Assembly (NCBI GenBank): GCA_965219415.1
Contig: OZ244742.1
Location: 416,001-480,000 of the forward strand
DNA: 64,000 nt
Direction: 5' to 3'
Source: Candidatus Marinacidobacterales bacterium
GTDB lineage: Bacteria; Acidobacteriota; Vicinamibacteria; Marinacidobacterales; DATDRI01
A program made the position numbers and the translations under genes. Positions 30,127-39,640 of the stretch are shown here, piece by piece. The notes under the pieces were generated by a model. It worked only from the letters and a program-made list of their open reading frames with translations, had not been told where the DNA came from and ran no database searches. How positions within the stretch are numbered: the stretch's first letter is position 1; every line of letters starts with the position of its first letter.

Positions 30127-30978
30127 TCACGCGTAGTCATAGAAACCTCTCCCCGACTTGCGCCCCAAGTGACCGGCCAGGACCATTCGTCGCAGGAGAG
30201 GCGGCGGGGCGAATCGTTTTTCTCGAAATTCTTCATACATAATGTTGGCGATGTAAAACGTCGTGTCCAGCCCCACGAAGTCCAGGAGCTCGAACGGGCC
30301 CATTGGATGTCCACATCCGAGCTTCATCCCAGCGTCCATATCCTCCTTGCTGCCCACCCCTTCTTCCAACGCTCGGATCGCGTCAAGCAAATAAGGAACG
30401 AGAAGCCTATTCACGATGAAGCCAGGTCGGTCCGGTGCCCGAATGGGGGTCTTCCCCAACGAACGAGCGAAGGAGGATGCGAGCTCGGGGACCTCCGGTT
30501 CCGTCATGATCGTAGAGATCACCTCAACCACCTTCATGAGTGGTACCGGATTGAAAAAGTGAAGCCCCACGAAGCGTTGCGGGCGCTTGGTGCCGGCGGC
30601 CATCTGAGTGATGCAAAGCGAAGAAGTATTGCTCGAAAAAATCGTTTCCGGTTTGGTTATTTCATCGAGAGCTCGGTACAACTCCAATTTTACATCTAGG
30701 TTCTCGACTATAGCTTCGATGATCAAATCGGCCCCGTTCAGATCCTCGAGCCGCGTGGTTCCGTGAACGTTGTTGAGAATCTCTTTCTTCCTGTCCTCCG
30801 TGAGTTTACCCTTCTTGACGCCTCTGCTGAGGAACCGGTCGATGTTGCCCAAACCCTTCTGAAGAAGCTCTTCGTTGATCTCGTATACCGCGGTCTCGTA
30901 ACCGGAGTCGGCAGATACCTGGGTGATCCCAGATCCCATGAGACCACAACCCGCCACGCCTACCTTCTTGATCTCCAT
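30127..30978 (-). CDS. hbd: 3-hydroxybutyryl-CoA dehydrogenase
   Basis: GCGLMGSG, SNTSS, GLHFFNP, PMGPFEL. Confidence 0.93.
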   Translation of the reverse strand: MEIKKVGVAGCGLMGSGITQVSADSGYETAVYEINEELLQKGLGNIDRFLSRGVKKGKLTEDRKKEILNNVHGTTRLEDLNGADLIIEAIVENLDVKLELYRALDEITKPETIFSSNTSSLCITQMAAGTKRPQRFVGLHFFNPVPLMKVVEVISTIMTEPEVPELASSFARSLGKTPIRAPDRPGFIVNRLLVPYLLDAIRALEEGVGSKEDMDAGMKLGCGHPMGPFELLDFVGLDTTFYIANIMYEEFREKRFAPPPLLRRMVLAGHLGRKSGRGFYDYA

Positions 30979-30998
30979 GACTCGCCCCCCTACCGGGA

Positions 30999-32180
30999 CT
31001 ATTGCGCCTCGACGACCATCGCGATGCCCTGGCCTCCCCCGATGCAAGCCGTCGCGAGACCGAAACGACCCTTGCGGCGCCGAAGCTCCAGCAAGATCGT
31101 CAGCAGCAAACGAGTCCCGGTGGCCCCCAACGGATGCCCGAGCGCGATCGCGCCGCCGTTGACGTTTGTCTTGTCCCGATCGAGCCCCAACTCTTTCTCA
31201 ACCGCCAAATACTGCGGTGCGAACGCCTCATTGACCTCTACTAAGTCCATATCGGATACTTTCAAACCGGCCTTCTCAAGTGCAGCGCGGCTCGAAGGAA
31301 CCGGTCCGATTCCCATGATCTCGGGCGGAACACCTGCGTAGGCCCAGGACACGATCCGTCCGAGAGGCTTCAGGCCCCGCTTTTTCACCGCCTCTCCGGT
31401 CGCAACGATGAGTGCCGCGCCTCCATCGACGATGCCGCTGGCATTCCCGGCAGTAACCATCCCTTCTTTGCCGAAAGCCGGTCTTAACTTAGCTAGTCCT
31501 TCGGGAGTCGTATTCGGCCGTCGGTGATCATCTTCCTCAAACGTGACGGTCGCCTTTCGAGATTTGATCTCGATGGGAACGATTTCCTCCTTGAGTCGCC
31601 CTTCCCGAGAGGCGCGCTCGGCGGCCTGCTGGCTTCGCAGCGCGTAGGCATCCGCCTTCTCGCGCGTGATACTGTACTTTTCCGCCAAGTTCTCCGCGGT
31701 GTTGGCCATATAGAGGTCGCACTGCGTGTCGAGGAGCGCCGCCATCAGCGAATCTTCCAACTCGCCCTGACCAAGCTTGAACCCGGTGCGAGCGCCTCGG
31801 ATCACATGAGGCGCCTGACTCATCGACTCCATACCTCCGGCGAGCACAATCTCGGCCTCTCCTGCCATGAGCTGATGGGCCGCGGATATTACTGATTGAA
31901 TCCCCGAACCGCAAAGCCGGTTCACGGTAAGAGCTGGAACGGCGATGGGGATGCCCGCCACGAGGCCAACGTGGCGGGCGCCATAGATCGCGTCCCGACT
32001 CGTTTGCAGTGCGTTGCCCATCACGACGTGGCCGACATCCTCAGCCGGTACGTTCGAACGGTCGAGAGCGGCCCGCGTGGCGAACGCGCCGAGCTCGATG
32101 GCGGTGAAGTCCTTGAGGGCACCGAGGTACTCGCCCATGCCGGTGCGAGCCCCGTTGACGATATAGATTTCGGTGGTCAA
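30999..32180 (-). CDS. Acetyl-CoA C-acetyltransferase (thiolase)
   Basis: NRLCGSG, NEAF, GHPLGATG, CIGGGQG; TTG start with GGAG RBS. Confidence 0.94.
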   Translation of the reverse strand: MTTEIYIVNGARTGMGEYLGALKDFTAIELGAFATRAALDRSNVPAEDVGHVVMGNALQTSRDAIYGARHVGLVAGIPIAVPALTVNRLCGSGIQSVISAAHQLMAGEAEIVLAGGMESMSQAPHVIRGARTGFKLGQGELEDSLMAALLDTQCDLYMANTAENLAEKYSITREKADAYALRSQQAAERASREGRLKEEIVPIEIKSRKATVTFEEDDHRRPNTTPEGLAKLRPAFGKEGMVTAGNASGIVDGGAALIVATGEAVKKRGLKPLGRIVSWAYAGVPPEIMGIGPVPSSRAALEKAGLKVSDMDLVEVNEAFAPQYLAVEKELGLDRDKTNVNGGAIALGHPLGATGTRLLLTILLELRRRKGRFGLATACIGGGQGIAMVVEAQ

Positions 32181-32196
32181 TTGCGTTCTCCAATTA

Positions 32197-32360
32197 CTTA
32201 GTGCGCGTGGGGCCCCACCGCCGTCTGGCCACCTTGTTCGATGGCACAACGCCGCATCGGCTCAAGGCTGTGCTCGCGCCCAAAACCACGGCCGGGTTCC
32301 CTTGCGCACTTCATCTCGTTGTCGCAATTCCTCCCGGCCGGGCGGCCCTACGGGCCGCTA
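32197..32360. repeat. Composite element: module A plus partial module B
   Basis: Shares the left end acttagtgc and the 50-bp stem plus hairpin with 301-437; 32215-32249 matches 29176-29210. Confidence 0.75.
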
Positions 32361-32718
32361 ACTGCCACCAATGGATGTGGAGCAATACGAGGGCGCTCGC
32401 GATGCCCAAGGCGTCGACGGCAATATCCTGAAGGCTCGCTACGCGCCCCGGGACGAAACTTTGGTGCCACTCGTCACTCGAAGCATAGAATAACGCGAGC
32501 ATAACGCCGAACCGTGCCGCTTTCCCCCCAGCGAGGTGTGCTAGGCCGCGCGCCAACGCGCGAATCGCCAGCAAGCCCATGACGAAATACCCGACGAAGT
32601 GCCAGGTGTAATCGGGCGCGTACTGAAGCAACGCAGGTCGAGAAGCCGAGGAAACAAGAAAAACCAACAACATGTACGCCAGCAGAGGACCCCACCAGCG
32701 CAAGAACGAAGAGATCAA
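32311..32718 (-). CDS. VanZ family membrane protein
   Basis: H...Y, DEWHQSFVPGR..S..D...D motif; C-terminus runs into the repeat element. Confidence 0.85.
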   Translation of the reverse strand: MISSFLRWWGPLLAYMLLVFLVSSASRPALLQYAPDYTWHFVGYFVMGLLAIRALARGLAHLAGGKAARFGVMLALFYASSDEWHQSFVPGRVASLQDIAVDALGIASALVLLHIHWWQLAARRAARPGGIATTR

Positions 32719-32736
32719 TAAGCGTGCCCCTGTCTT

Positions 32737-32934
32737 TCAGGAGGGAAAGGGCAACATGAGCCAACCCAAAACGAAAGCCGAGGCAACGAAGCAGAAGAAC
32801 ACGAAGACACCGAAACGTATCTGGTTCGAACGACCATCTCGCATCAACAGCGCGAATGCCCCCGAAACCAGGGCTGCGAAAACCGACAGAATCACGAAAT
32901 GGCTAGTTATCATTCCTGGGGTCCAGGGTTCCAA
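32737..32934 (-). CDS. Small two-TM membrane protein
   Basis: Two hydrophobic segments ending LGWLMLPFP; operon spacing. Confidence 0.65.
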   Translation of the reverse strand: MEPWTPGMITSHFVILSVFAALVSGAFALLMRDGRSNQIRFGVFVFFCFVASAFVLGWLMLPFPS

Positions 32935-32944
32935 GGCTTCCGAT

Positions 32945-33343
32945 CTAGGGCTTCCTCCCGGTAGCGATATCGTACGCGTCCAGCAGAATGAGCATGTTGA
33001 GAAGCCCAGCCACTATCAAAAACGTGTACCCGTATTCGTAGGTCACGGACTCTACCTGCCCTCCTCCCACGTCTAGCAATCGGGCGGAGAAGTACGGTAG
33101 TCCCACACCCATTTCCGCCAGACCGGCCAAGAGTGTCAGCGGACGGGTCTCATCCAAACGAAATAGCTCGCCGCCCAAGTGGAGACCGAGCGCGAACATG
33201 ACTGTGACGATGCTCATGAAGATGAACCCGTGCCACCATCGTCGCAACATCACGTGGCCTAACCCCGGAACAAGCCAACCGGCCACACAAGTTGCCATGG
33301 CCGGTGCGGCACTGGGTGTCGTTCTGGTGCTTGTCTCCTTCAT
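32945..33343 (-). CDS. Membrane protein (DUF6677-like)
   Basis: GWLVPGLGH and AGLLNML..LDAY motifs. Confidence 0.7.
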   Translation of the reverse strand: MKETSTRTTPSAAPAMATCVAGWLVPGLGHVMLRRWWHGFIFMSIVTVMFALGLHLGGELFRLDETRPLTLLAGLAEMGVGLPYFSARLLDVGGGQVESVTYEYGYTFLIVAGLLNMLILLDAYDIATGRKP

Positions 33344-33410
33344 GAGAGCAGCCTAATCGTATGGAATTACGCGAATCCCGTCAAGACAGGAGGAATAAGA
33401 TCGCTACCGT

Positions 33411-34028
33411 CTAGGTTCCAAAGAGTCGGTCGCCGAAGTCTCCGAGCCCGGGGAGAATGTACTTCCGTTCGTCGAGCTGCCGATCGATGGCCGCCGAGTA
33501 GATATCCACGTCGGGGCAGTGCTTCGTAAGGAGCGCGATGCCCTCGGGTGCCGCGACCACGCACAGAAGCCGGATCGACCGTGCCCCCTGTTCTTTGAGC
33601 GTCTCAATGGCCGCCAAAGCCGAGCCACCCGTGGCCAACATCGGGTCCAGAAGAAACACGTATCGATCAGGAAGATTCGGAAGCTTCAGGTAGTAGCGGC
33701 GTGCGACGGCCGTCTCTTCGTCACGCTCCAACCCCACGTAGCCGACCGAAGCTCCCGGGAACATCTCCAGCAACGCTTCCAGCATCCCCATTCCCGCCCG
33801 GAGCACCGGAACGAGGACAATGTCCGCATCCAATCGCCCGCTGCGCGTCGTCTCCAGGGGCGTCTCGACATCGACCTCTCGCAGCGGTAGGTCCCGCGAT
33901 GCTTCGAAGACGAGTAACCGGCTGAGCTTCCTGGTCAGTCGACGAAACTCTTCGTGCGCGGTGGAAGAATCCCGCAGACTCGTCAGCACATCTTCTATTA
34001 AGGGATGTTCGACTTTGACCACCGCCAT
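33411..34028 (-). CDS. upp: Uracil phosphoribosyltransferase
   Basis: PVLRAG, DPMLATGGS, YILPGLGDFGDRLFGT. Confidence 0.97.
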   Translation of the reverse strand: MAVVKVEHPLIEDVLTSLRDSSTAHEEFRRLTRKLSRLLVFEASRDLPLREVDVETPLETTRSGRLDADIVLVPVLRAGMGMLEALLEMFPGASVGYVGLERDEETAVARRYYLKLPNLPDRYVFLLDPMLATGGSALAAIETLKEQGARSIRLLCVVAAPEGIALLTKHCPDVDIYSAAIDRQLDERKYILPGLGDFGDRLFGT

Positions 34029-34194
34029 ATTGCGTTCTCCGTTCGCCAAGCCGATGGTAGGATCACGCCGCGATGCTGTCAAACGATGGCGTAACTAGCC
34101 GACCGTGTTGACACTATCCGGCACACCGCGACATGATAGCGGCCGTGTCACACCAAGGCTCGTTGACACCCGCATTTCATTCCTGCAGCTCATC

Positions 34195-35514
34195 GTGAGA
34201 GCCGCCGACATCATTCGTCGCAAGCGACACGGGGCGGAGCTCGACCGGCAAGAGATCGCCTTTCTCATTTCCGGCTACACTAAAGGTGCAATCCCCGATT
34301 ACCAGATGGCGGCCTTCCTGATGGCGGTCACCTTGGTCGGGATGACCGAGCAAGAAACTCTCGCCCTTACCGAGGAAATGCTCCACAGTGGCTCGGTTCT
34401 CGATCTATCGGAGCTTCCCGGAGAGAAGATCGACAAACACAGCACCGGCGGTGTGGGCGATAAGACGTCGCTCATCATCGTTCCCTTGGCGGCGGCGGCC
34501 GGTGTGACGGTTCCCATGATCTCCGGTCGCGGTCTCGGTCATTCCGGGGGAACCCTCGACAAACTCGAATCTATCCCCGGCTTCAACGTAGGCCTGAGTC
34601 TCACTCGGTTTCGAGAAGTGCTAAGCGAAGCCGGTTGCGCGCTCATCGGCCAAACGCAAGAGATTGCCCCAGCCGACCGAAAGCTATACGCGCTTCGCGA
34701 CGTTACCGGGACGGTAGAGAGTGTCCCGTTGATCTTAGGCAGTATCCTGTCCAAGAAACTGGCGGAAGGCATTACCGGGCTCGTCTTGGATGTAAAGGTC
34801 GGTAGCGGAGCGTTCATGAAAGACATCGACTCAGCCACCGAGCTTGGGAGCCTGCTCGCATCGATCGCGCACCGTATGGGGAAACGTTCGGTGGCCGTGG
34901 TGAGTGACATGGACCAACCGCTTGGAACACATGTAGGAAACTCTCTCGAAGTGAAAGAATCGGTCGCGGTGCTTCGCGGCGAGGGCCCGGAGGATTTGCG
35001 GGAGCTTTGCTTGCTTCTCACCGCCTACATGCTAGTCTTCGGCCGAGTCACGAGCGATGTCGATGAAGGAAAGGCGAAGGCTGCCAGCCTGATCGCAACG
35101 GGCGCGGGCCTCGAAAAACTCGCCGAAATTGTGAGACTTCAAGACGGGGATGCAAGCGTTATCGACGATCCCGACAAGCTACCGAAGGCGGCGCACCGCA
35201 AAGAAGTTCGGAGTCCGAGGGCCGGATACGTGGGACGAATCGACACCGAATCGCTAGGAGTCGCAGCCATGTTGCTCGGAGCCGGACGAGAGACGGTGGA
35301 CGGTATCATCGATCCTGCGGTCGGACTCGTCGTCAATAGCAAGATCGGGGACCGCTTATCGGGAGGCGATACTCTGGTAACGATTTACTACAACGATGGC
35401 CGGCGTTTGGAAGAAGTCGAACGGTTGCTCGCCAGCGCCTATCACATCGAAGATGAGCCCCCGGCGCCCGTTCCTCTGGTGCACAAGATCTTGGATCCGA
35501 CGGAGGATATCTAG
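34195..35514 (+). CDS. pdp: Pyrimidine-nucleoside/thymidine phosphorylase
   Basis: DKHSTGGVGDK, SGRGLGHSGGTLDKLESIPG, DVKVGSGAFMK. Confidence 0.96.
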   Translation: MRAADIIRRKRHGAELDRQEIAFLISGYTKGAIPDYQMAAFLMAVTLVGMTEQETLALTEEMLHSGSVLDLSELPGEKIDKHSTGGVGDKTSLIIVPLAAAAGVTVPMISGRGLGHSGGTLDKLESIPGFNVGLSLTRFREVLSEAGCALIGQTQEIAPADRKLYALRDVTGTVESVPLILGSILSKKLAEGITGLVLDVKVGSGAFMKDIDSATELGSLLASIAHRMGKRSVAVVSDMDQPLGTHVGNSLEVKESVAVLRGEGPEDLRELCLLLTAYMLVFGRVTSDVDEGKAKAASLIATGAGLEKLAEIVRLQDGDASVIDDPDKLPKAAHRKEVRSPRAGYVGRIDTESLGVAAMLLGAGRETVDGIIDPAVGLVVNSKIGDRLSGGDTLVTIYYNDGRRLEEVERLLASAYHIEDEPPAPVPLVHKILDPTEDI

Positions 35515-35524
35515 AGGATATCTA

Positions 35525-36727
35525 ATGGATCGTTTCATTGGAGTAGTGGGGCTGGTCGTGATCCTGGGTATCGCCTACGCCTTTTCCGTCGACCGTAAGA
35601 AAGCGAACCCGCGGCTGATCCTCTGGGGCCTCATCCTCCAGTTCGCCTTCGCCTTGGTGGTCCTGAAGTGGTCATTAGGCCAGCAAGCCTTGGCGGGTGT
35701 TAGTAACGTCGTCAAGCTGGGCCTGGAGAAGGCCGATGCCGGGGCAGCGTTCCTCTTTGGACCCCTCGCCGATCAGCAGACTCTGGGATTCATTTTCGCG
35801 TTCAAGGCCCTACCCACCATAATTTACATATCCTCATTTTTCAGCGTCCTTTATTATCTGGGCATCCTTCAGAAGCTCGTCCTGTTCATGGCCAAGATCA
35901 TGGTACGCACCATGGGCACGAGTGGCGCCGAATCGCTCTCGACGGCAGCCAATGTGTTCATGGGCCAAACCGAAGCACCGCTAGTGGTCATGCCTTATAT
36001 CGCCAGCATGACGTACTCCGAGCTCTGCACTCTGATGGTAGGAGGTATGGCCACCATCTCTGGAGGGATGATGGCCGCCTACATATCGATGGGGATCGAA
36101 CCCCAGTTCCTACTGGCGGCGAGCGTCATGAATGCCCCGGCCGCCATCGTCATGGCCAAGATTCTGGTTCCGGAGACCGGCACACCCCTCACCAAGGGTG
36201 CAGTGAAGCTCAAGGTGGAACGGACGGAGGTGAACATAATTGATGCCGCGGCGCGTGGCGCGGGGGCCGGACTCAACCTAGCGCTGAACGTGGGAGCGAT
36301 GCTGATCGCGTTCCTCTCGCTCGTCGCGCTCGTTAACTGGCCACTCCAGTACTTCGGTCTCTCTCTGGAGCAAATCTTCGCCTGGATCTTCGCGCCTCTG
36401 GCCTACGTTATGGGAGTGCCCTGGCCGGATGCCAACGAGGTCGGTAGCTTATTCGGAAAGAAGCTCATAGTGAACGAGTTCGTCGCTTATGCCGATCTGG
36501 TCCAAATGAAGGCTGCCAACGTCTTGGCGCCGCGCTCCGAGCTCATCGCAACTTACGCGCTTTGCGGCTTTGCCAATCTCGGCTCCATAGGCATCCAGCT
36601 CGGGGGCATCGGCGGAATCGCGCCGACGCGAAAGTCAGACCTGGCGAAGCTCGGTCTTCGTGTGTTGTTGGGTGGTTCCCTGGCGACCTTTATGACCGCA
36701 ACAATAGCCGGTCTACTGAATCCATAG
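35525..36727 (+). CDS. nupC: Concentrative nucleoside transporter (CNT/NupC)
   Basis: FMGQTEAPL, NEFVAY, ALCGFAN motifs. Confidence 0.95.
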   Translation: MDRFIGVVGLVVILGIAYAFSVDRKKANPRLILWGLILQFAFALVVLKWSLGQQALAGVSNVVKLGLEKADAGAAFLFGPLADQQTLGFIFAFKALPTIIYISSFFSVLYYLGILQKLVLFMAKIMVRTMGTSGAESLSTAANVFMGQTEAPLVVMPYIASMTYSELCTLMVGGMATISGGMMAAYISMGIEPQFLLAASVMNAPAAIVMAKILVPETGTPLTKGAVKLKVERTEVNIIDAAARGAGAGLNLALNVGAMLIAFLSLVALVNWPLQYFGLSLEQIFAWIFAPLAYVMGVPWPDANEVGSLFGKKLIVNEFVAYADLVQMKAANVLAPRSELIATYALCGFANLGSIGIQLGGIGGIAPTRKSDLAKLGLRVLLGGSLATFMTATIAGLLNP

Positions 36728-36734
36728 TCAACGC

Positions 36735-37568
36735 ATGGGAAAGCTCGCGGAACAAGTAAGGGATGCCGCTTCGTTTCTCGCCACCAAGTCTCGGCTCCGA
36801 CCCACGGTCGCCTTGGTCTTGGGCTCGGGGCTCGGCGCCTTCGCGAAGGAGCTCAAAGAAGCGGACACCATTCCTTATCAGGACATCCCCCACTTTCCCT
36901 ATTCGACCGTCGAGGGGCATGCCGGCCACCTATTACTCGGACGCTACGCCGACGTGCCGCTGGCGGTCATGGTCGGACGGGTTCATGCATACGAGGGATA
37001 CACGGCACAAGAAGTTGCGTTTCCCTCTCGGGTGCTCACCTCTTTCGGCGTCAAGACGCTGGTCGTCACCAACGCCGCCGGAGCCATCAATACAGCCTTC
37101 AAGCCGGGCGAACTGATGATCATCTCCGATCAATTGAATCTCACCGGACTCAACCCCATGCGCGGGCCGGAGGAGAAAGAACTCGGTCCACGCTTCATCG
37201 ATCTCACTGAGGCCTATCACGTCAAGCTGCGGTCAATGTGCGAAGCGGCGGGACGTGCGATCGGGCTGAACCTGCGGCAAGGTGTCTACGCCGGACTTCT
37301 CGGCCCGAGCTACGAAACGCCGGCCGAGATCCGAATGCTCAGGGCCGTGGGAGCCGACGCCGTCGGCATGTCCACAGTGCTCGAAGTGATCGCCGCCAAC
37401 CAAATGGAAACGAAAGTGCTAGGGATATCCTGCATGACCAATATGGCGGCGGGCATCTTGCCTCAAAAGCTGGTGCACAGCGAGGTCATGGAGACCGGCG
37501 AGCGGGTCCGAGGAATATTCACCGAGCTCCTCCAAGAACTAATTCCTCGACTCGTCAAGCTCGACTGA
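36735..37568 (+). CDS. punA: Purine-nucleoside phosphorylase (trimeric type)
   Basis: LGSGLG, GRVHAYEG, GPSYETPAE, VGMSTV. Confidence 0.95.
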   Translation: MGKLAEQVRDAASFLATKSRLRPTVALVLGSGLGAFAKELKEADTIPYQDIPHFPYSTVEGHAGHLLLGRYADVPLAVMVGRVHAYEGYTAQEVAFPSRVLTSFGVKTLVVTNAAGAINTAFKPGELMIISDQLNLTGLNPMRGPEEKELGPRFIDLTEAYHVKLRSMCEAAGRAIGLNLRQGVYAGLLGPSYETPAEIRMLRAVGADAVGMSTVLEVIAANQMETKVLGISCMTNMAAGILPQKLVHSEVMETGERVRGIFTELLQELIPRLVKLD

Positions 37569-37591
37569 ACCACAACTATGGAGGAACGACG

Positions 37592-37990
37592 ATGGCCAGC
37601 GATCCCGCGCAGACTCTCATAAGGACGGCTCGAAAGGCCCGCTCACGAGCCCGAGCCCAATACTCGGGGTTCAAAGTTGGTGCGGCGCTACGGACGAACG
37701 GACGGAAGATCTATTCTGGCTGCAACATCGAGAACGCCTCTTACGGCCTGACCGTCTGCGCCGAACGGGTCGTGCTCTTGAACGCACTTTCAGACGGGGC
37801 AAGAAAGTTCCGGTCCCTCGCCGTTGTTACCGGAGCGGACAAGGTGACGCCACCCTGTGGTGCCTGCCGGCAACTCTTGTGGGAGTACTGCGGGGATATC
37901 GTCGTCCACCTTGCCAACCTCAAGGGGAAAACGAGGACCTTCCGACTGACGGAGTTGCTGCCCCACGCCTTCGATAAACGACATCTTTAA
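37592..37990 (+). CDS. cdd: Cytidine deaminase (tetrameric)
   Basis: GCNIENASY, CAER, PCGACRQ. Confidence 0.96.
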   Translation: MASDPAQTLIRTARKARSRARAQYSGFKVGAALRTNGRKIYSGCNIENASYGLTVCAERVVLLNALSDGARKFRSLAVVTGADKVTPPCGACRQLLWEYCGDIVVHLANLKGKTRTFRLTELLPHAFDKRHL

Positions 37991-37998
37991 GTGCTAGA

Positions 37999-38090
37999 AC
38001 CGCGGGGCCCCCAGCCTCCGCCAAAGGCTTCGGCTGGTCCAGCCGAAGCCAATTGGAGCATGAACTGACGGAGGCGGACACCCCCGCGGC
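37999..38090. repeat. Structured repeat module C between convergent cdd and hpt
   Basis: Outer ccgcgggg/ccccgcgg; inner ggcttcggctg-gtc-cagccgaagcc hairpin; homologous to 29240-29302 (inverted). Confidence 0.7.
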
Positions 38091-38133
38091 TATGTGAGGG
38101 AGGCTACACTATTTTTGGCGACAAGCAGGTGTC

Positions 38134-38649
38134 TTAAGAATCGACGACAGCGATGTACGGAAGATTTCTGTACTTTTGATCGACGTCGAGGCCATACCCC
38201 ACCACGAAGCGGTCCGGGATCTCGAACCCTACGTAATCAACCGGAACCTCAACTTTTCGCCGGGAAGGTTTGGAGAGCAGGGCGACGATCTTCAGCGATT
38301 TGGGTCCCCGTCTCTGGAGCATGTTGTAAAGGTAGCGGAGTGTCAGCCCGGTATCGGCGATATCTTCTACGATGATGACGTCCAACCCTTCCAGGCCGCT
38401 ATCGAGATCCTTGGTGAGCCGCACTTCCCCACTGGTGCTCGTGCCCTCGTTGTAGCTCGAGACGGCGAGAAAATCGAGGGTCACCGTAACGTCAATCGCC
38501 CTGGCGAGATCCGCCATGAAGGTATAGGCGCCTTTCAGCACACACACCAGGTGCACCGTCTTCCCCTCGTAATCGCGAGTGATCTCTTTTCCCAGCTCTT
38601 TGACCCGGTCGGCAATCTTCTCTTCCGGAATAAGAACCTCGAGGCCCAT
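38134..38649 (-). CDS. hpt: Hypoxanthine phosphoribosyltransferase
   Basis: VLKGA, VEDIADTGLTL, FVVGYGLD. Confidence 0.95.
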   Translation of the reverse strand: MGLEVLIPEEKIADRVKELGKEITRDYEGKTVHLVCVLKGAYTFMADLARAIDVTVTLDFLAVSSYNEGTSTSGEVRLTKDLDSGLEGLDVIIVEDIADTGLTLRYLYNMLQRRGPKSLKIVALLSKPSRRKVEVPVDYVGFEIPDRFVVGYGLDVDQKYRNLPYIAVVDS

Positions 38650-38657
38650 GAGACCCT

Positions 38658-39566
38658 CTACCCTCGCTTCCTCGACGACAGATCGAACTCGACAGTAATG
38701 ATGCCTAACGCATCCACCGGTCTGCCTTCCTTGAGGGCCGGCTTGAAGCGCCACTGTCGGGCCGCGTCGATCGCCGCATCTACGCAACCGTAGGGCAAAG
38801 ATTTTAAAACGCGCAGGACTTCCGTCGAGCCATCCTTATGTACCAGGATCTCCAAGATAACCTCGCCGCGGATCAGCTTCTCGCTCGCCTGGCGCGGGTA
38901 CTCCGGCTTGAGCTTGTAGATCACCGTGGGTTCGATGTCCCACCCCCCGGGGCTATACTTGCCGCCGCCGAAGCCACCCCCTTCTCCCGGGCCGACTCCC
39001 CAACCCGTTCCTTCACCTTGCCCGGTGCCCTTGCCACCGCCGATACCGCCTCCGTCGCCAGCGCTCGGCTCCGGGTCCAGGCCGCCGTAATCCGTCCAGT
39101 CCGTCAGGGAAAGTCCCGGGACGTCCTCGGCATCGGGTGAGAAAACCTGATCGAAGAACGCCGCGGTCTCGGTCGGTAGGTCGGGCACGATCAGACTGTC
39201 GAAGCGAATAGACGGAATGCGACGTGGGGCTATCGGGGCTCGCCGTGGCTCGGGTTCCTTCTCAAGCTCGGGCTTCCGCTGAGTCCGAATGAAGGCGGTT
39301 GGTTTACGTCCGCCCGATCCGCCACCTCCGCCTCCCCCACCGTCACCTGCTCCATCGTAAAACCGAACGCGGACGACACTAGCGACCGGCTCGTCGCTTA
39401 TTAGCTCGAGGAGAAAGGGAACCGCAAAGCCAAGAACAACAAGGACATGGATGAGCAAGGAGAACAACAGCGAGCGTTGGCTACGCCGCCACTCCCAACC
39501 AGGAGCCCGATACTCGAGGCGCAGGAAGTCCTCGGCATTTCGAGGAGAAGAGAGCTCGTCCGCCAT
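38658..39566 (-). CDS. tonB: Energy transducer TonB
   Basis: SLLIH TM motif, Gly-rich linker, PEYP..A....IRGEV..WRFKPA C-terminal domain. Confidence 0.88.
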   Translation of the reverse strand: MADELSSPRNAEDFLRLEYRAPGWEWRRSQRSLLFSLLIHVLVVLGFAVPFLLELISDEPVASVVRVRFYDGAGDGGGGGGGGSGGRKPTAFIRTQRKPELEKEPEPRRAPIAPRRIPSIRFDSLIVPDLPTETAAFFDQVFSPDAEDVPGLSLTDWTDYGGLDPEPSAGDGGGIGGGKGTGQGEGTGWGVGPGEGGGFGGGKYSPGGWDIEPTVIYKLKPEYPRQASEKLIRGEVILEILVHKDGSTEVLRVLKSLPYGCVDAAIDAARQWRFKPALKEGRPVDALGIITVEFDLSSRKRG

Positions 39567-39640
39567 AACTAACTCAATGTTAGCACGTTCGCGTACGACA
39601 CCCGGGGACTGCCAGAGGACTTGGCGGCGTGCTTTTGGAG

